A stretch of DNA of 64,000 bases from NCBI RefSeq assembly GCF_046119375.1, contig NW_027362761.1:986234001-986298000 (forward strand), in the 5' to 3' direction. Position 1 is the first letter of the stretch, and each line of letters starts with the position of its first letter. The notes beneath the pieces are model-generated. The model was not told the DNA's origin. It searched no databases and saw nothing but the letters and a program-made list of their open reading frames with translations. This document shows, one piece after another, positions 34,671 to 47,655 of the stretch. A program made the position numbers and the translations under genes. The DNA is from Phyllobates terribilis (lineage: Eukaryota).

Positions 34671-34871
34671 CCTGTTTTTACTTCCATGGATCTAGTGCAG
34701 GCAGCAATGGTGGTCCTTACAGGGACAGGAAGTGATGATGTGCAGTCACCTATCCATTGAAGCCAATGTCATGCCTCAGCAGTCAGATGAGACAAAAAAT
34801 GAAAAAAATATTGTTTCTTGCCTTGGCAAGTGGCTGAGTAGCTTTCACTAGATCAACGGTAGAAAAAGAGG
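34671..34871. mobile_element. Old 200-bp MITE-like element
   Basis: TTAA then CCTGTTTTTACTTCCATGGATCTAGTG, versus CACTAGATCAACGGTAGAAAAAGAGG then TTCA: imperfect terminal inverted repeats. Confidence 0.4.
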
Positions 34872-35559
34872 TTCAGTATTCCTCAGCTTATTGTGTTAAA
34901 ATATTCCCATAGCTTGAATTTTTTATGACAGTAATGGTAAAAATAACTGTCTATATTGTCAATTATAGCTAGTAGTCATGAGTGAGCACTAAAATACTCG
35001 GGTGCTCGTTGCTCGAGTCAAGCAAATTGGAATGCTTGGGTGCTCGATGGAAACAGTGCTCAAATGACATGGGAAGACCCCTGGAAGCATCTCTGACTCA
35101 CAGGTCACTGCTGTCAACAATGTTGTCAGAGTATTACGCCACTTTTACAGGCTAACAATAAAACATACAAAAACAAAAACAAAATCGATTTTCCTGGGAA
35201 AAATGTTAAGGAACATCCTTTCCAGGGTAATGACTTGTATATAAGGCAAAATAAATAAACAAAAACAAAAATGATTTTCCACACCTTGGGCTATTTTCAC
35301 ACCTTGCGTTTTTCCACTATTGCATTGCTTTCAACTGTGAAAAATACATTTACCAGTCAATGTAATTTTAACATTTTACTTTCTTATCTGGCAGTGTGGT
35401 GTGTGAGACATCATTAGACACATCCTGTTTCATTTATGATAGAGGGACCCTGAAAGTCACAAAACCTAATTTTTATAGGGCCATAAGGTGGCCCTTACTA
35501 TTCTTAAATGGCCAGTAGTTGTCCCTCACTATTGTTAGAGGGCCATCAGCTGGCTATGA

Positions 35560-36070
35560 CTTCTTGTTCCCATTATTAAGGAGCGGGTCTCCTATAGTGT
35601 TATTGCAATGACTGCAATGGCTGCCTAAATTTAGGAAAAAAAACAAATACCAATTTAAAGAGACATAGAGAAGTGCCTCGGTAACAAAATGTTCCTTTAT
35701 AAAGGAGCGGTTCTGCTATACGGTTATTGTGTATGCAGTGACTGCAACGGCTGCCTAAATTTTGGAAAAACCCCAATACCAATTTAAAGTCACATAGAGG
35801 AGGGCCTCGGTAACAGAATATTCCCATTATAAAGGATCGGATCACCTATACTCTTCTTGTGTATGCAGTGACTGAAATAGCTGCTGAAATTTGGGACGCA
35901 CTCCAATGCCCCTATTATAAAGGAGCGGGTCTCCTATACTGTTCTTGCGTATGGAGTGAGTGCAAAGGCTGCCAAAAAATTGGACGCACTCAATTGCCCT
36001 TGGAAGAGACGTAGAGGAGGGCCTCAATAAGAAAACGTTCCCATTATAGAGGAGCGGGTCTCCTATACTT
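35560..36070. repeat. Degenerate 125-130-bp tandem repeats in the hAT 3' region
   Basis: Recurrent CCCATTAT(T/A)AAGGAGCGGGTCTCCTATA...GCAACGGCTGCC motifs. Confidence 0.7.
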
Positions 36071-36356
36071 GTAACACCACATGCGCTAAGTGCATGGACT
36101 AAAAAACATTTACACCTGGGTGGTATACATGAATATACTGTATAACAAACATTTCCTATGGGCATCATAAACACCATTTAAAAAAATTAGTGGGTGTGGC
36201 ATCAAGTTCACCCTGAATATATGGTGGTGGAGGATGAGGATGAGGAGAAGGAGGAGTACAACAGAAAATAGACAAAATTAGGAAGTGTATACCCATGTCT
36301 GGGTGTGAAGAGGTGCATGGAATAGACCTTGCAAAAAAAAGACCCTGGATTTGAGT

Positions 36357-39300
36357 TTATGTTATGTTACTATCATTTGGTGGTGTTGAGATGTCTTGTC
36401 AAATCCAGCCCTTGTTCATTTTTACAAGAGTCAACCTGTCAGCACTTTCAGTTTACAGGCGGATGCGCCTGTCAGTTATAATTCCCCCAGCGGCACTAAA
36501 AACCCGCTCTGACAAAACGCTGGCGGCAGGGCAGGCCAGGATCTCCCAGGCATAGAGAGCCAGTTCATTCCACGTATCCAGCTTGGATACCCAATAATTA
36601 TAAGGCAGCATCTTCGTAAAATTATCCCTCCTTGTTATAGTACCCCGCACATCAGGGCCTGTGAGATGGGAGTGTCTGAGAAAACTCTCCCAGACCTTTG
36701 ACAGTGTTCCCCTGCCTCTGCTGGATCGTATTTGTGTCTCTCTCAACTGTACTCCTTGTTTGTCCAACGAACTCTGACCTCTGCCGCCAGCGTTTTCAGA
36801 TGGGAATTTTTTTAATAGTTCCACAACAAGGACCTACTGGTACAGCACCATTTTTGCAGACCTGTCCGCTGCCGGAATGAGAGATAGAAAGTTCTCCTTG
36901 TATCGTGGGTCTAGAAGTGTTACCAACCAGTAATGAATGTTACCCTAAATTTGGAGAACGTGAGGGTCACTGGAAAGGCAGCGTACCATAAACTCAGCCA
37001 TGTGTGCCAGACTGCTAACCGGCAAGACTTCCATATCCTCACCAAGAGGATGACTGACCATGCTCTCCTCCTCATCCTTCTCGTTCTCCTACTCCGCCCA
37101 CTCCTCAGGCCATCCACGCTGAACATTAAGAATGTCAGTTGTGCACGTAGTATTGTCTGTAGCACAGGAAACTAGCTCCTGTTCTTCCTCCTCCTCTTCC
37201 TCATTGTCACCCAATCCACGTTGGGATGAGATGAGGCTGGACTATGTGGAATCACCCTGTATGGTTCCTTGCTCCATCTCCTTGTGTTCCTCCACCTCCT
37301 CATTAATTGTGAGCAATGATCATTTCAGAAGACAGAGAAGCGGGATAGTGAGACTAATTATGGCACCATCGCTGCTCACCATCTTGGTGAAGTCCTCAAA
37401 GTTTTCGAGGATGGCACAGATGTTTCATATTCATGCCCACTCCTGAGCTCTTATGTGTGAAAGCTGACCTGAATAATCATGGACGTTTTGATCCTGGTAC
37501 TCAACAACTGCCCTGTGCTGCTCACAAATCCTTCCCAACATTTGCAACGTTGAGTTCCAATGCGTGGGGACATCTAAAAGTGGAAAATGCTGCTGAAGCA
37601 TGGCAATGGCGGCGGAAGCTGTAGCTGACTTTCTAAAACACACACGCGGCATACTTGGACAAGCAGGTCCAGCAGATCCAGGTAGGTTTTGAGAAACCGC
37701 TGAACCACGAGATTGAGCACATGGGACAGGCATGGCTCGTGTGTGAGCTTGCCTTGCTTCAGAGACGCCACCAGGTTCTGGCCATTGTCACACATGACCA
37801 TGCTTGGCTGTAGGTTCAGCGGTGACAGCCACAGATCTGCATGCTCTTTCAGAGCTTTCCACAACTCTTAAGCATTGTGCCGTTTGTCACCTAAGCATAT
37901 TAGCTTCAACACAGCCTGTTGCCACTTGGCCAAGGCAGTGCTGCAGTGCTTCCAGTTTCTGACTGAGTGATATGGTCATTTCGGAGATGGAGGCTGAAGA
38001 GGAGGCTGAGGAGATGCAGGAGCTGTAGAATGTGGGGGCAACCCTGATTGACCCAGGGCCCATAATCCTCGGCATTGGGAGGACAAGTTCCGCCCCAAGG
38101 TCTGATTGGGTCCCGTCTTCAACTATATTAACCCAGTGTGCCATCAACGAGATGTACCATCTCTGCCCACAAGCGCTTATCCACGTGTCCGTGGTTAGGT
38201 GAACTTTCCCAGTAACTGCGTTGTTGAAGGCACCGCTAATGTTCTGGGACATGTGCTTTTGTAATGCGGGGACGGAAAACCGGAAGAAAAAGTGGTGGCT
38301 GGAGACTGAGTACTGTGGGATGGCTGCCGCCATCAGGTTGCGGAAAGCTTCCATCTCCATGAGCCTAAAAGGCAACATTTTGAGCTCAAGCATTCGCTAA
38401 ATGTGTGAGTTTAGTAATGTGGCCTGTGGGGCATTGGCTGCGTATTTGCCCTTGCATTCCAAGGACTGGAGTAGGGACAACTGAACTCTGCACTGGGACA
38501 AGGACGTGGACATGATTGCTGATCGTGCAAGTTGCGAGTGAGCAATGACAGGAGCAGTGTGGGAGGCATCTCCTCATGCACCATGGACAGGGGATTGGTG
38601 TACACATACAACAGTGGAAGAAGCAGTGGTGTCACCCATAGACACTGTTTCTGGACCCTGGCGTTCGGCCCACATAGTCTGGTGCCTTTCTGTCATGTGC
38701 CTGATCATTCTGGTCGTGGTCAGGCTGCTAGTTTTGCTACCCCTGCTGATGCTGGCCTGGCAGATGGTGCAAATGGCATTTTTGGGGTTATCTGCACAAT
38801 CTATAAAAAAGAACCAGACGCAGGAAGACCTAACAGTAATACTGGCAATTTCCGTCATGTTGGTGTTCCGGGGAACGGTTGGCCACCTTGTGTCTGCGTC
38901 CACCACACTGCTTCTTCCTGCCTGTTGTAGTGTTATGCCTCCCTCTCCATGTGTGCTGCTGTCCAGGCTCTGCATGTCACCTTGCCAGGTTGAGTCAGTA
39001 ACTTCACCTTCCACCACCTATTCTTTCACTTCTGCACCCTAGTCCTGCTCCTGATTTTCTGCCAATTGTGTCTCATCATCCACCTCTTGCAACAGTAATT
39101 GCACTTTCCCACCATTGCGTTCGTATGAACGTGGCTGCTCAAATATTTGGGCATCGCTACATGCGATCTCCTCTTGCCACTATTGAAGCTGGCCATGAAT
39201 AAATGGAAAAGTGAACAGCTCTTCGTAGTGTCCAAGTGTGGAATCAGTTGTCTCCGGGCACTCGGCATGGTGGAAGGAAGGAGGATTAGGGTGAGGAATA

Positions 39301-39584
39301 TGTGGTCCAGACTCTCGGCTACTGAGACTTGAACAGAGTGGTGGTGGTGGTGGCAACGTGACTTTAAGCATTATCTGCTATCCAACCAACAACTTTTTGA
39401 CATTGCTCTGGGTTCAATAGTGGTGTGCTGCGGTCCCCTAGTAATTGGGACAGGAAGGTCAGGCGACAAGATATGTGTGTCTGCTGTGGCACAATTTCAG
39501 TTTGCCCATGGCCTCGGCCTCGTCCTCTGCATGCACATCACCATCACATCCATCTCCTCATCCCTTGCCACGCGCCTTGCCCAT
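36357..39584 (-). pseudogene. Highly decayed hAT transposase pseudogene (divergent subfamily)
   Basis: ATG at 39584; fragments NAICTICQ...MIRHMTERH, HLTTDTW, MCDNGQN, CLSHVLNLVV, CPAASVLSERVFSAAGG spread over many frames. Confidence 0.9.
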
Positions 39585-40490
39585 TTTAAATGGAGGCTAA
39601 TATTTTGCATGGTCGCTACAAATGGCTGGATTTGTACCGCTTCTATATGTGATATGTTTGACGGACGCCCACGGTTTTAAATAGTGGACTTGTAGTTTCC
39701 TATTATTCACAGCGACCATGTGTGAATAGCGTCACTGACACACTGATGCTAAACTGTAAATGGAGGACAATATTTTCCACGTTCACTACAAATTTCTGGA
39801 TTTTTATCACTGTAATATGGGATAACGTCTGTTGATGGAAAAGATCTGGGTGTATTGTGCTGTGCTAAAAAGCAAATGGAGCAGTAAAATAATGGACTCT
39901 ATTACTATTTTAGAAAATAATCAGGATTAAGTTAAAAAAAAATTAACCCTGGCTCCTGATATCTGGGGTTATGTCTACGGATATCTGTAACAGCAGGAGC
40001 AGACAGAACGTGCAATGGACAGTATTGTGCTGTATAGTGTTCACAATCTTTGCCTGCCTAACTCCTGCTATTGCCACTAAATATATGTAGCTGGATTACT
40101 CCTCAGAAGGACTGTAAGTTCAGATGGATGGTGTGGAATACCTATGCCTAACTTTTACACCATTAATTCTGTCCCTCATACAGCAGTACCTCTCCTTACT
40201 CTGCCTGTCTGAAGGTTAGACTGTGACAAGCATTGCGTCACCAGGTCTTATTTAGACCCGATGGCGCTATGCGGACAGCCAATCACTGTAATGCCACAAC
40301 CAAGATGGCTATGGCATTACAGTGAGTGGCAGACAATCTCTGCATGTTCATTGGCTCTCTAAATCGTCATCGGCATCTTCATTGGCTCCCGCCCGAGCAT
40401 CCCGGAGATATTCTCTGAGCGCCGAGCATCTCGAGCAGTGAGATGCTCGGGCGAGTACCAAGCAGTAGCGAGCATGCTCATCACTAATAA

Positions 40491-40790
40491 CTACCTGTCT
40501 GTTGTACCCAGCGCCGGTCATTGACCACTTCTGCCAGAGATTCAGCTGTTCCCAGTCAACACAGCAGCAGTTTTTCCTCATTTTGAAAGGGCAAGACTAC
40601 TGGCATCATACTGATTGTCAGCTGGCTTCCCCCAATTAGGCAGCGGAGAGCTAGCTGTCATTCAGCAAGACACCAGTAGTTCTTCCTTGTCAACAGGAAC
40701 ACAAATTGTCGCTCTGTTGATGTGATGTCAGCAGAAGCCTTTGACGCTCTGTGCTGGCAGAGAATGGCACCGGGCACAATAGACAGGTAG
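40491..40790. mobile_element. Old palindromic MITE-like remnant
   Basis: CTACCTGTCTGTTGTACCCAGCGCC at 40491 matches the reverse complement of GGCACCGGGCACAATAGACAGGTAG at about 40766-40790. Confidence 0.5.
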
Positions 40791-42731
40791 GTAGCAACTA
40801 CCTGCTTGTTAGCTCTTAGGCACACTTTTTTTTAAAGTCCCAAATATCACCTTTAAGAAGAATTTTGTGTGGAATCATTCTTTAATAAGAGTGGGCTTTT
40901 TGTTAAATTTGTATATTTCACACCTGTACTATTAAATTCCACTAGACTGCTGGTCATTTACAACACATTTAGTGGCAAAAAGACGAAGCAGTTGGTGCTG
41001 TTCAAAATTACAGAAACCTTGGCATAACCTAAAAGGAGCAAACTATAGGCTAAACTGTTCCATCTGTATCATTTAGGTTACTTTAAACGACATATCTGAA
41101 ATGGAAGCCATATCACAAATGTGAATAAATTCTAAAGGCACTAGCTTTTGAGACTTTGAATGAATTTTGTTCCCAAGAAAAGCAGTTAATGAGAGTTTAT
41201 TAAATATAAGAAGGGCTTAAACAGTGGTTGTTATACAGTAAGTTAGCCTATAGAATGATCCATCTAAGGCAGAAGCAACTTTGCCAAATAGAAAAACTAA
41301 ATATAAGTAGAAAAGTGATTTTCTTTTATTGAGTAAACTATTTAAATACACCAATCACTATTTAATGGTCTGTAAACAATAAGGAGAACTTGATGGGTCT
41401 TTATTTGCAATTAAATTGTGCAATTACCACATAGTAAATCTTATCCCGTATAAAACAAGGCATGAATCTTTCTCCTGTGAAGGAAGTAGTGCAGCATAAT
41501 CAGGTCATGAATTTAGGAAAAGTCAATACCTTATTTTGTACTTGGAAACACAATCTCAAAATAATTTGAACTTGACAGAATGCTCCTAAAGTAATTTATA
41601 ATAAATGAAATCAATAGGAACTTTTAATGTTTTGTTGGAAACAATTTTTTGTTATCCTTTGTCAGTGACTAAGAGAAATCCATTTTTAATATTGCTATCT
41701 ATTGTCAAATCAGCTGACTAAATATACTGAATGAAACAATATCTGACAGAAATTTCCCGTTGATTTTGTGAATGAAACATACAGTTAAAATAGTTTTTGT
41801 CTTCCTAAAAAAAACAGATACTTAGCTATATGTGAAAAGCAGAGAATAATGGGTTGTTATTTGCAATTAATTTATATAATTATGCAGTCATTTAATTTTA
41901 ATTAAGACACGTTCAGACTTTCAGTATTTGGCTTACAATGAGAACGTGGCCTTAACCTCAGAGTATCTATGTCCTATTGAAATGGATACAAGAATCAGAT
42001 ATTAAACTTCTAGTTAACCCCTTCCTGACATTTGTCGTAAATGTATGTCGTAATGCATATGGAGTTCCTACTTTATAACATACATTTCCATTATAGTAAT
42101 TATGCAGATACAGGAGCTGTACCCGCATAATCACTACTAGGAGCTCAGCTTAACTGAAAGCTGTGCTCCTGCAGAAGATGCTAGTGGTAGTGTCAGTACC
42201 CTCCATCACTGTTTAATTACATAGATGCCATAATCAATAGCAATTGTGGAATTTAGAAGGTTGCGAGAGGGTGTGGGCTCCCTCTTTCATCCCATTGGAC
42301 CTCCGCGATGAAATCGTGGGGTGGCAATGATTTTCATAGCACCTGAAAATCTAAGAATAAAAAGTAAAAATACACCACTCTCATATGTTCTTGACTATTT
42401 ATGGAATCCAAGTGATTTTTAAAATTTTTGATTCTAAAAACCCCTAGGATTCAATAAAAAGCAAAGAACACATGAGAATGCTGTAATTTTACTTTTAGTG
42501 ATATTCTCTTACAAGCACCTCACCATATGTACTGCCGACCTTCTTTTCTGCTCATTTTGGAAATCTAAGAATGACCTTTGGGTCTGTTAAGTGCGGTAAC
42601 AGGAGTCCTAACAGGACTCCTTTCAGTCTAATACCCTGCAATACATGAAAGTATTGCAGGCTATTAACTCAACGATCAGACAAATGAAAGTTAAAATCCC
42701 ATACAGGGTACAGGGACCAAGTAAAAAATGG

Positions 42732-42741
<10 letters not shown>

Positions 42742-42780
<39 letters not shown>

Positions 42781-43964
42781 AAAAAAACTGACCAGCACAT
42801 CCCAAATGTGAACAGGTGCAAGCTGCAGAAACTGCATAAGATATATAAAAAGAAAGCGCAGCAGCACTCCATTATGGCCAAGATACATAAAGACAATAAA
42901 ACCATTTAATTTAAACTGTGTTATTACTCAATAAGCTTTACTTACAAAAAATGGAGGTTCTTAGCGCATAAATTGGCCAATTCATGTGAGCCCATCAACC
43001 GCTGCAAGGTGACCTCCCATCTGATGGGTACTACTCTGCCTACATGCCTCTCTTGGGCTACAAGCCTAGAACTCTGGACAGAACATGTCACTTCTGGGCT
43101 AAAACACCTACAATTTAAATGGGCTGGTAGAATAGAATATACATCACCTGCTGGTCAGTTTTTTTGACATATTACTATAGGAGGTGGGAACTGCCTCCTG
43201 TTTGACCTTGCACTCCCCCCATTTAACCAGCAGGTGATGTATATTCTATTCTACCAGTCCATTTAAACTGTAGGTGTTTTAGCCCAGAAGTGACATGTTC
43301 TGTCCAGAGTTATAGGCTTGTAGCCCAAGAGAGGCATGCAGGCAGAGTAGTACCCATCAGATGGGAGGTCACCTTGCAGCGGTTGATGGGCACACATGAA
43401 TTGGCCAATTTATGCGCTAAGAACCTCCATTTTTTGTAAGTAAAGCTCATTGAGTAATAACACAGTTTAAATTAAATGGTTTTATTGTCTTTATGTATCT
43501 TGGCCATAATGGAGTGCTGCTGCGCTTTCTTTTTATATATCTTATACAGTTTCTGCAGCTTGCACCTGTTCACATTTGGGATGTGCTGGTCAGTTTTTTT
43601 GACATATTACTATAGGAGGTGGAAACTGCCTCCTGTTTGACCTTGCACTCCCCCCATTTAACCAGCAGGTGATGTATATTCTATTCTACCAGCCCATTTA
43701 AATTGTAGGTGTTTTAGCCCAGAAGTGACATGTTCTGTCCAGAGTTATAGGCTTGTAGCCCAAGAGAGGCATGTAGGCAGAGTAGTACAAATCAGATGGG
43801 AGGTCACCTTGCAGCGGTTGATGGGCACACATGAATTGGCCAATTTATGCGCTAAGAACCTCCATTTTTTGTAAGTAAAGCTTATTGAGTAATAACACAG
43901 TTTAAATTAAATGGTTTTATTGTCTTTATGTATCTTGGCCATAATGGAGTGCTGCTGCGCTTTC

Positions 43965-44017
<53 letters not shown>

Positions 44018-44030
44018 ATTTATATATATA
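42742..44030. repeat. 435-bp direct tandem pair plus inverted copy, embedded in (TA)n; possible Penelope-type pseudo-LTR remnant
   Basis: CTGGTCAGTTTTTTGACAT at 43151 and 43586; 42778-43154 is the reverse complement of the tandem; (TA)n at 42742-42777 and 43969-44030. Confidence 0.8.
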
Positions 44031-44916
44031 GTGTTTAAGAATTTTTTAAGGAAAAATAAAGGTAAGAAGAAGTAGAGGTATTTCTTAATGTCAATTTTGG
44101 GATTTTGGGTAAAAGCCAGATCTATAAAACTGTAAAGATATGTAACCCAGAAGTGAACAAAAATAAATAAAAAGAACATTTTTTCTTAATTTCATTGTAC
44201 AAAAAAACAGAATAAAATGTGATCAAAAATTCATATTCAAATAAATGTGATATCACCAAAAACATAATCCTGTCTTGTAAAAATTAAGTCCTAATTCATT
44301 TCTGTAAGGGTAAAAATAAAAAAAATAAAGTTCTTAAATCATGTTGATGTATAAACTTTTTTTTTCAAAATTTTTCTTTGTTTGTAAAAGTAGAAAAGCA
44401 TAAAAAATCTATAGAAATCTGGTATCACTGTAATCGCACTGACCTAAAGAATGAAGCTGTTTATTACTAATACCGCATGTGTAAAAAGATAACTATTACT
44501 GTATGGCTGTTTTTTGTTCATTCTGCATTATGCAAATTGGTATAGAAGTGATTAAAAACTGCAATGCAAACTTTAACTTATACCACAAAAAAGCAAGCCC
44601 TCATTCATCTCTGTCAGCAAAAAATAGTAATATTATTGCTCTCAAAATGTGACATTGCAATTTTTTTTGCTGAATAAAAAAAGTTTTTTTAGCGTGCAAA
44701 AGTAGCAAAACAAAAAAAAACTATTTAATTCTGTAATCGTACTGACACAATGAATAAAGTTGCTTTATATATGTAAGGTGAATGGTGTAAAAAAAAATAT
44801 AAACAATTCTTGAACTGCTATTGATTTGTTCATTCCGCCACCAAAAATTATAATAAGGCTCAGCTCACATTTATCCTGTGGCCATATTGAACACTGACCT
44901 CAGTGTTTCTGTTTAA

Positions 44917-46191
44917 CCCTTTCGCAACCTTGGGTTTTGTCGTTTTTGCTTTTTCGTTTTTTGCTCCCGTTGTTCCCAGAGGAATAGCGTTTTTATTTTT
45001 TGGTCAATATGGCCGTGTGAGGGCTTATTTTTTGCGGGACGAGTTGTAATTTTCAATGCCATTACAAGTTTTACCATATCGTATACGGGAAAACGGGAAA
45101 AAATTCCAAGTGCACTAAAATTGCAAAAAAAGTGCAATACCACAGTTGTTTTTTATTTATTTTTTTTACCACGTTCACTGAATGCTAAAACTGACCTGCC
45201 ATTCTTATTCTCCAGGTCATTACGAGTTCGTAGACAGCAAACATGTATAGGTTCTTTTATATTTAAGTGGTGAAAAAAAATTCCAAAATTTGGTAAAAAA
45301 ATAAAAATAGCCCCATTTTCCGAGACCTGTAGCATCTCCATTTTTCGTGATCTGGGGCTGGGTTAGGTCTTATTTTTTGAGCGCCGGGCTGACGTTTTTA
45401 TTGATAACATTTTGGGGTAGATCCAATGTTTTGATCGCCTGTTATTGCATTTTATTGCAATTTTGCGGTGACCAAAAAACGTAATTCTGGCGTTTAGAAT
45501 TTTTTTCTCGTTACACCGTTTACCGATCGGATTAATTCTTTTTTTATATTGATAGATGGGGTGATTCTAAACGCGACTATACCAAATATGTTTATGTAAG
45601 TTTTTTTTTTATATATTTTATTTTGAATGGGGTGAAAAGGGGGTGATTTAAACTTTTATATTTTTTTAATTTTTTTTATATTTTTAAAAACTTTTTTTTT
45701 TCACTTACTGCATGCTTCAATAGTCTCCATAGGAGACTAGAAGCAGCACTTGTCTGATCGGCTCTGCTACATACAGGGGACCAGCAGATCCCCTGCATGC
45801 AGCAGAAATGGTCCTGTGCTATGAGCGCCGACCACTAGGTGGCGCTCATAGCGACCAGATCATGACAACCACAGGCGTCTGCTGCAGACCCTGGGTTGTC
45901 ATGCCCACCCATCGGTGACCCGCGATCACGTGACGGGGTTGCCGATGGGCGGGGCTTATGACGCGCAACCCGGAAGCGCGCGTTAAATGCCGCTGTCAGA
46001 GATTGACAGCGGCATTTAACATGGTAACAGCCATGGGTGGATCGCGATTCCACCTGCGGCTGTTGCGGGCACATGTCAGCTGTAAGAATCAGCTGACATG
46101 TGCTCGGCTCAGTGAGGGCTCAGCGCAGCAGCCCTCACTGAACGGGGGGTACGCAAATGTGCGTACTAAGACTTCATGGGTTGTAAAGGGG
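44917..46191. mobile_element. piggyBac-type non-autonomous element (1.27 kb)
   Basis: TTAA (44913-44916) + CCCTTTCGCAACC ... GGGTTGTAAAGGGG + TTAA (46192-46195). Confidence 0.8.
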
Positions 46192-47655
46192 TTAAATCTC
46201 CAAAAAAAAGTATTCAGTTGAAATGCCCTATGGAATATTTAACTGTAATGATGGAGTCACTTTAGACTCCATCAGACCTCTTTCCCAGAAGTGTCCCATC
46301 TTTTTTGGCATGTACAAAAGTATTGCAATAGGTGTAATTTTCAATATGCGGGTCACATGATAAGGGTTTCTGCTGATCTTTCACTTTGGGGTTCTGCAAA
46401 TGGTGCCCGAAAACTATTCTGGGAAAATTTGTAATCCAAAAGTCAAATAGGGCAATTACTTTAGGAGTAACAGTACTGTATGACCACATATGGCATATTG
46501 TCATTTTTGCAATATATAGCATAACAAATTATAGAGTCCGTTTTATCTATTACCTCCTGTGAAAATGAAAAATCTGGGTTTAAAACAACATTTTAGTGGT
46601 AAAAACCTAATATTTTTTCTTTAAAGTCCTCTGGTATAAAATTCTGTGAAACACCTGTAGTGTCAACATGCTCACGAGTCATTAAAGCTCAAGATGAATT
46701 CATTGAGGGGTGTAAATTTGGATAATTTTGAGAGGTCCTGCTGTTCTGGCAATTCAGGGGCTCTATTAATGTGACATGGCATATGTACACCATTCCAGCA
46801 AAATCTGAACTCAAAAATGGTGCTGTTTCCTTATTGAGCTTTGCAGTGTACCCGAACAGTCGTTTCTGATCATTCTATCCTACTACACTCTTTAAAAATG
46901 AAAAATATCAGGCTTGAGCATTATTTAAGTGGAAAAAATATATTTTTTATGGATCAGTTATAAAAGTCATAAATCACCTGTGCTATCAAAATACTCAATT
47001 TTTAATGAATTTTTTGAGGAATGTAGTTCTCGAAATAGGGTAATTTTGTAGTGGGTTTTCTGTTATTTGTGCATGTCAAGGTCCTTGCAAATTGAAATGG
47101 CATCCGCAATCTATTCTAGCCGAAATTGCTCTTCAAATGTCAAGCTTATGTAGTAGTACCTGGCCACATATGGGGTATTGGCGTACTCCTGAGTAATTGA
47201 TCAACAAATTATATATTTTTGTCTTTTTCTGTTAATCTTGTGAAAATAAAAAAAATGAGACAAAACAACATAGTAGTGGAAAAAAAAATATTTTTTTCTT
47301 TTTCATGGCCCACTGATATAAAATTGTGTGAAGCACCCGTTGATTCAAGGTGTTCACCACACCCCAACATGAATTGCTTGAGGGGTGTCTCTTCCAAAAT
47401 GAGTTCACTTTTGGGGGATTTCTGCTATTTTGGCACCTACAAATATGGCCTTACAAATATGACATGGAATTCAATATCCATTCCATGCAAAATTTTGTTC
47501 CAAAAGGTAAATAGCACTTCTTCACTCCTGAGCCCTGGAGTATGCTCAAACAGTAGTTTCCAAACATATATGGAAAAATGACATACTCAAAATGAATTCT
47601 ACAACATAGTGAGGTGGTTGGTTTCCTATTACCACTTGTGAAAATTGAATATTAA

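Larger units (their letters stand above)
34973..40486 (-). mobile_element. Older complete hAT copy (5.5 kb)
   Basis: TIRs TAGTCATGAGTGAGCAC...CATGCTCATCACTA; degenerate TSD ATAGCTAG / ATAACTAC (6/8); decayed transposase inside. Confidence 0.88.
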
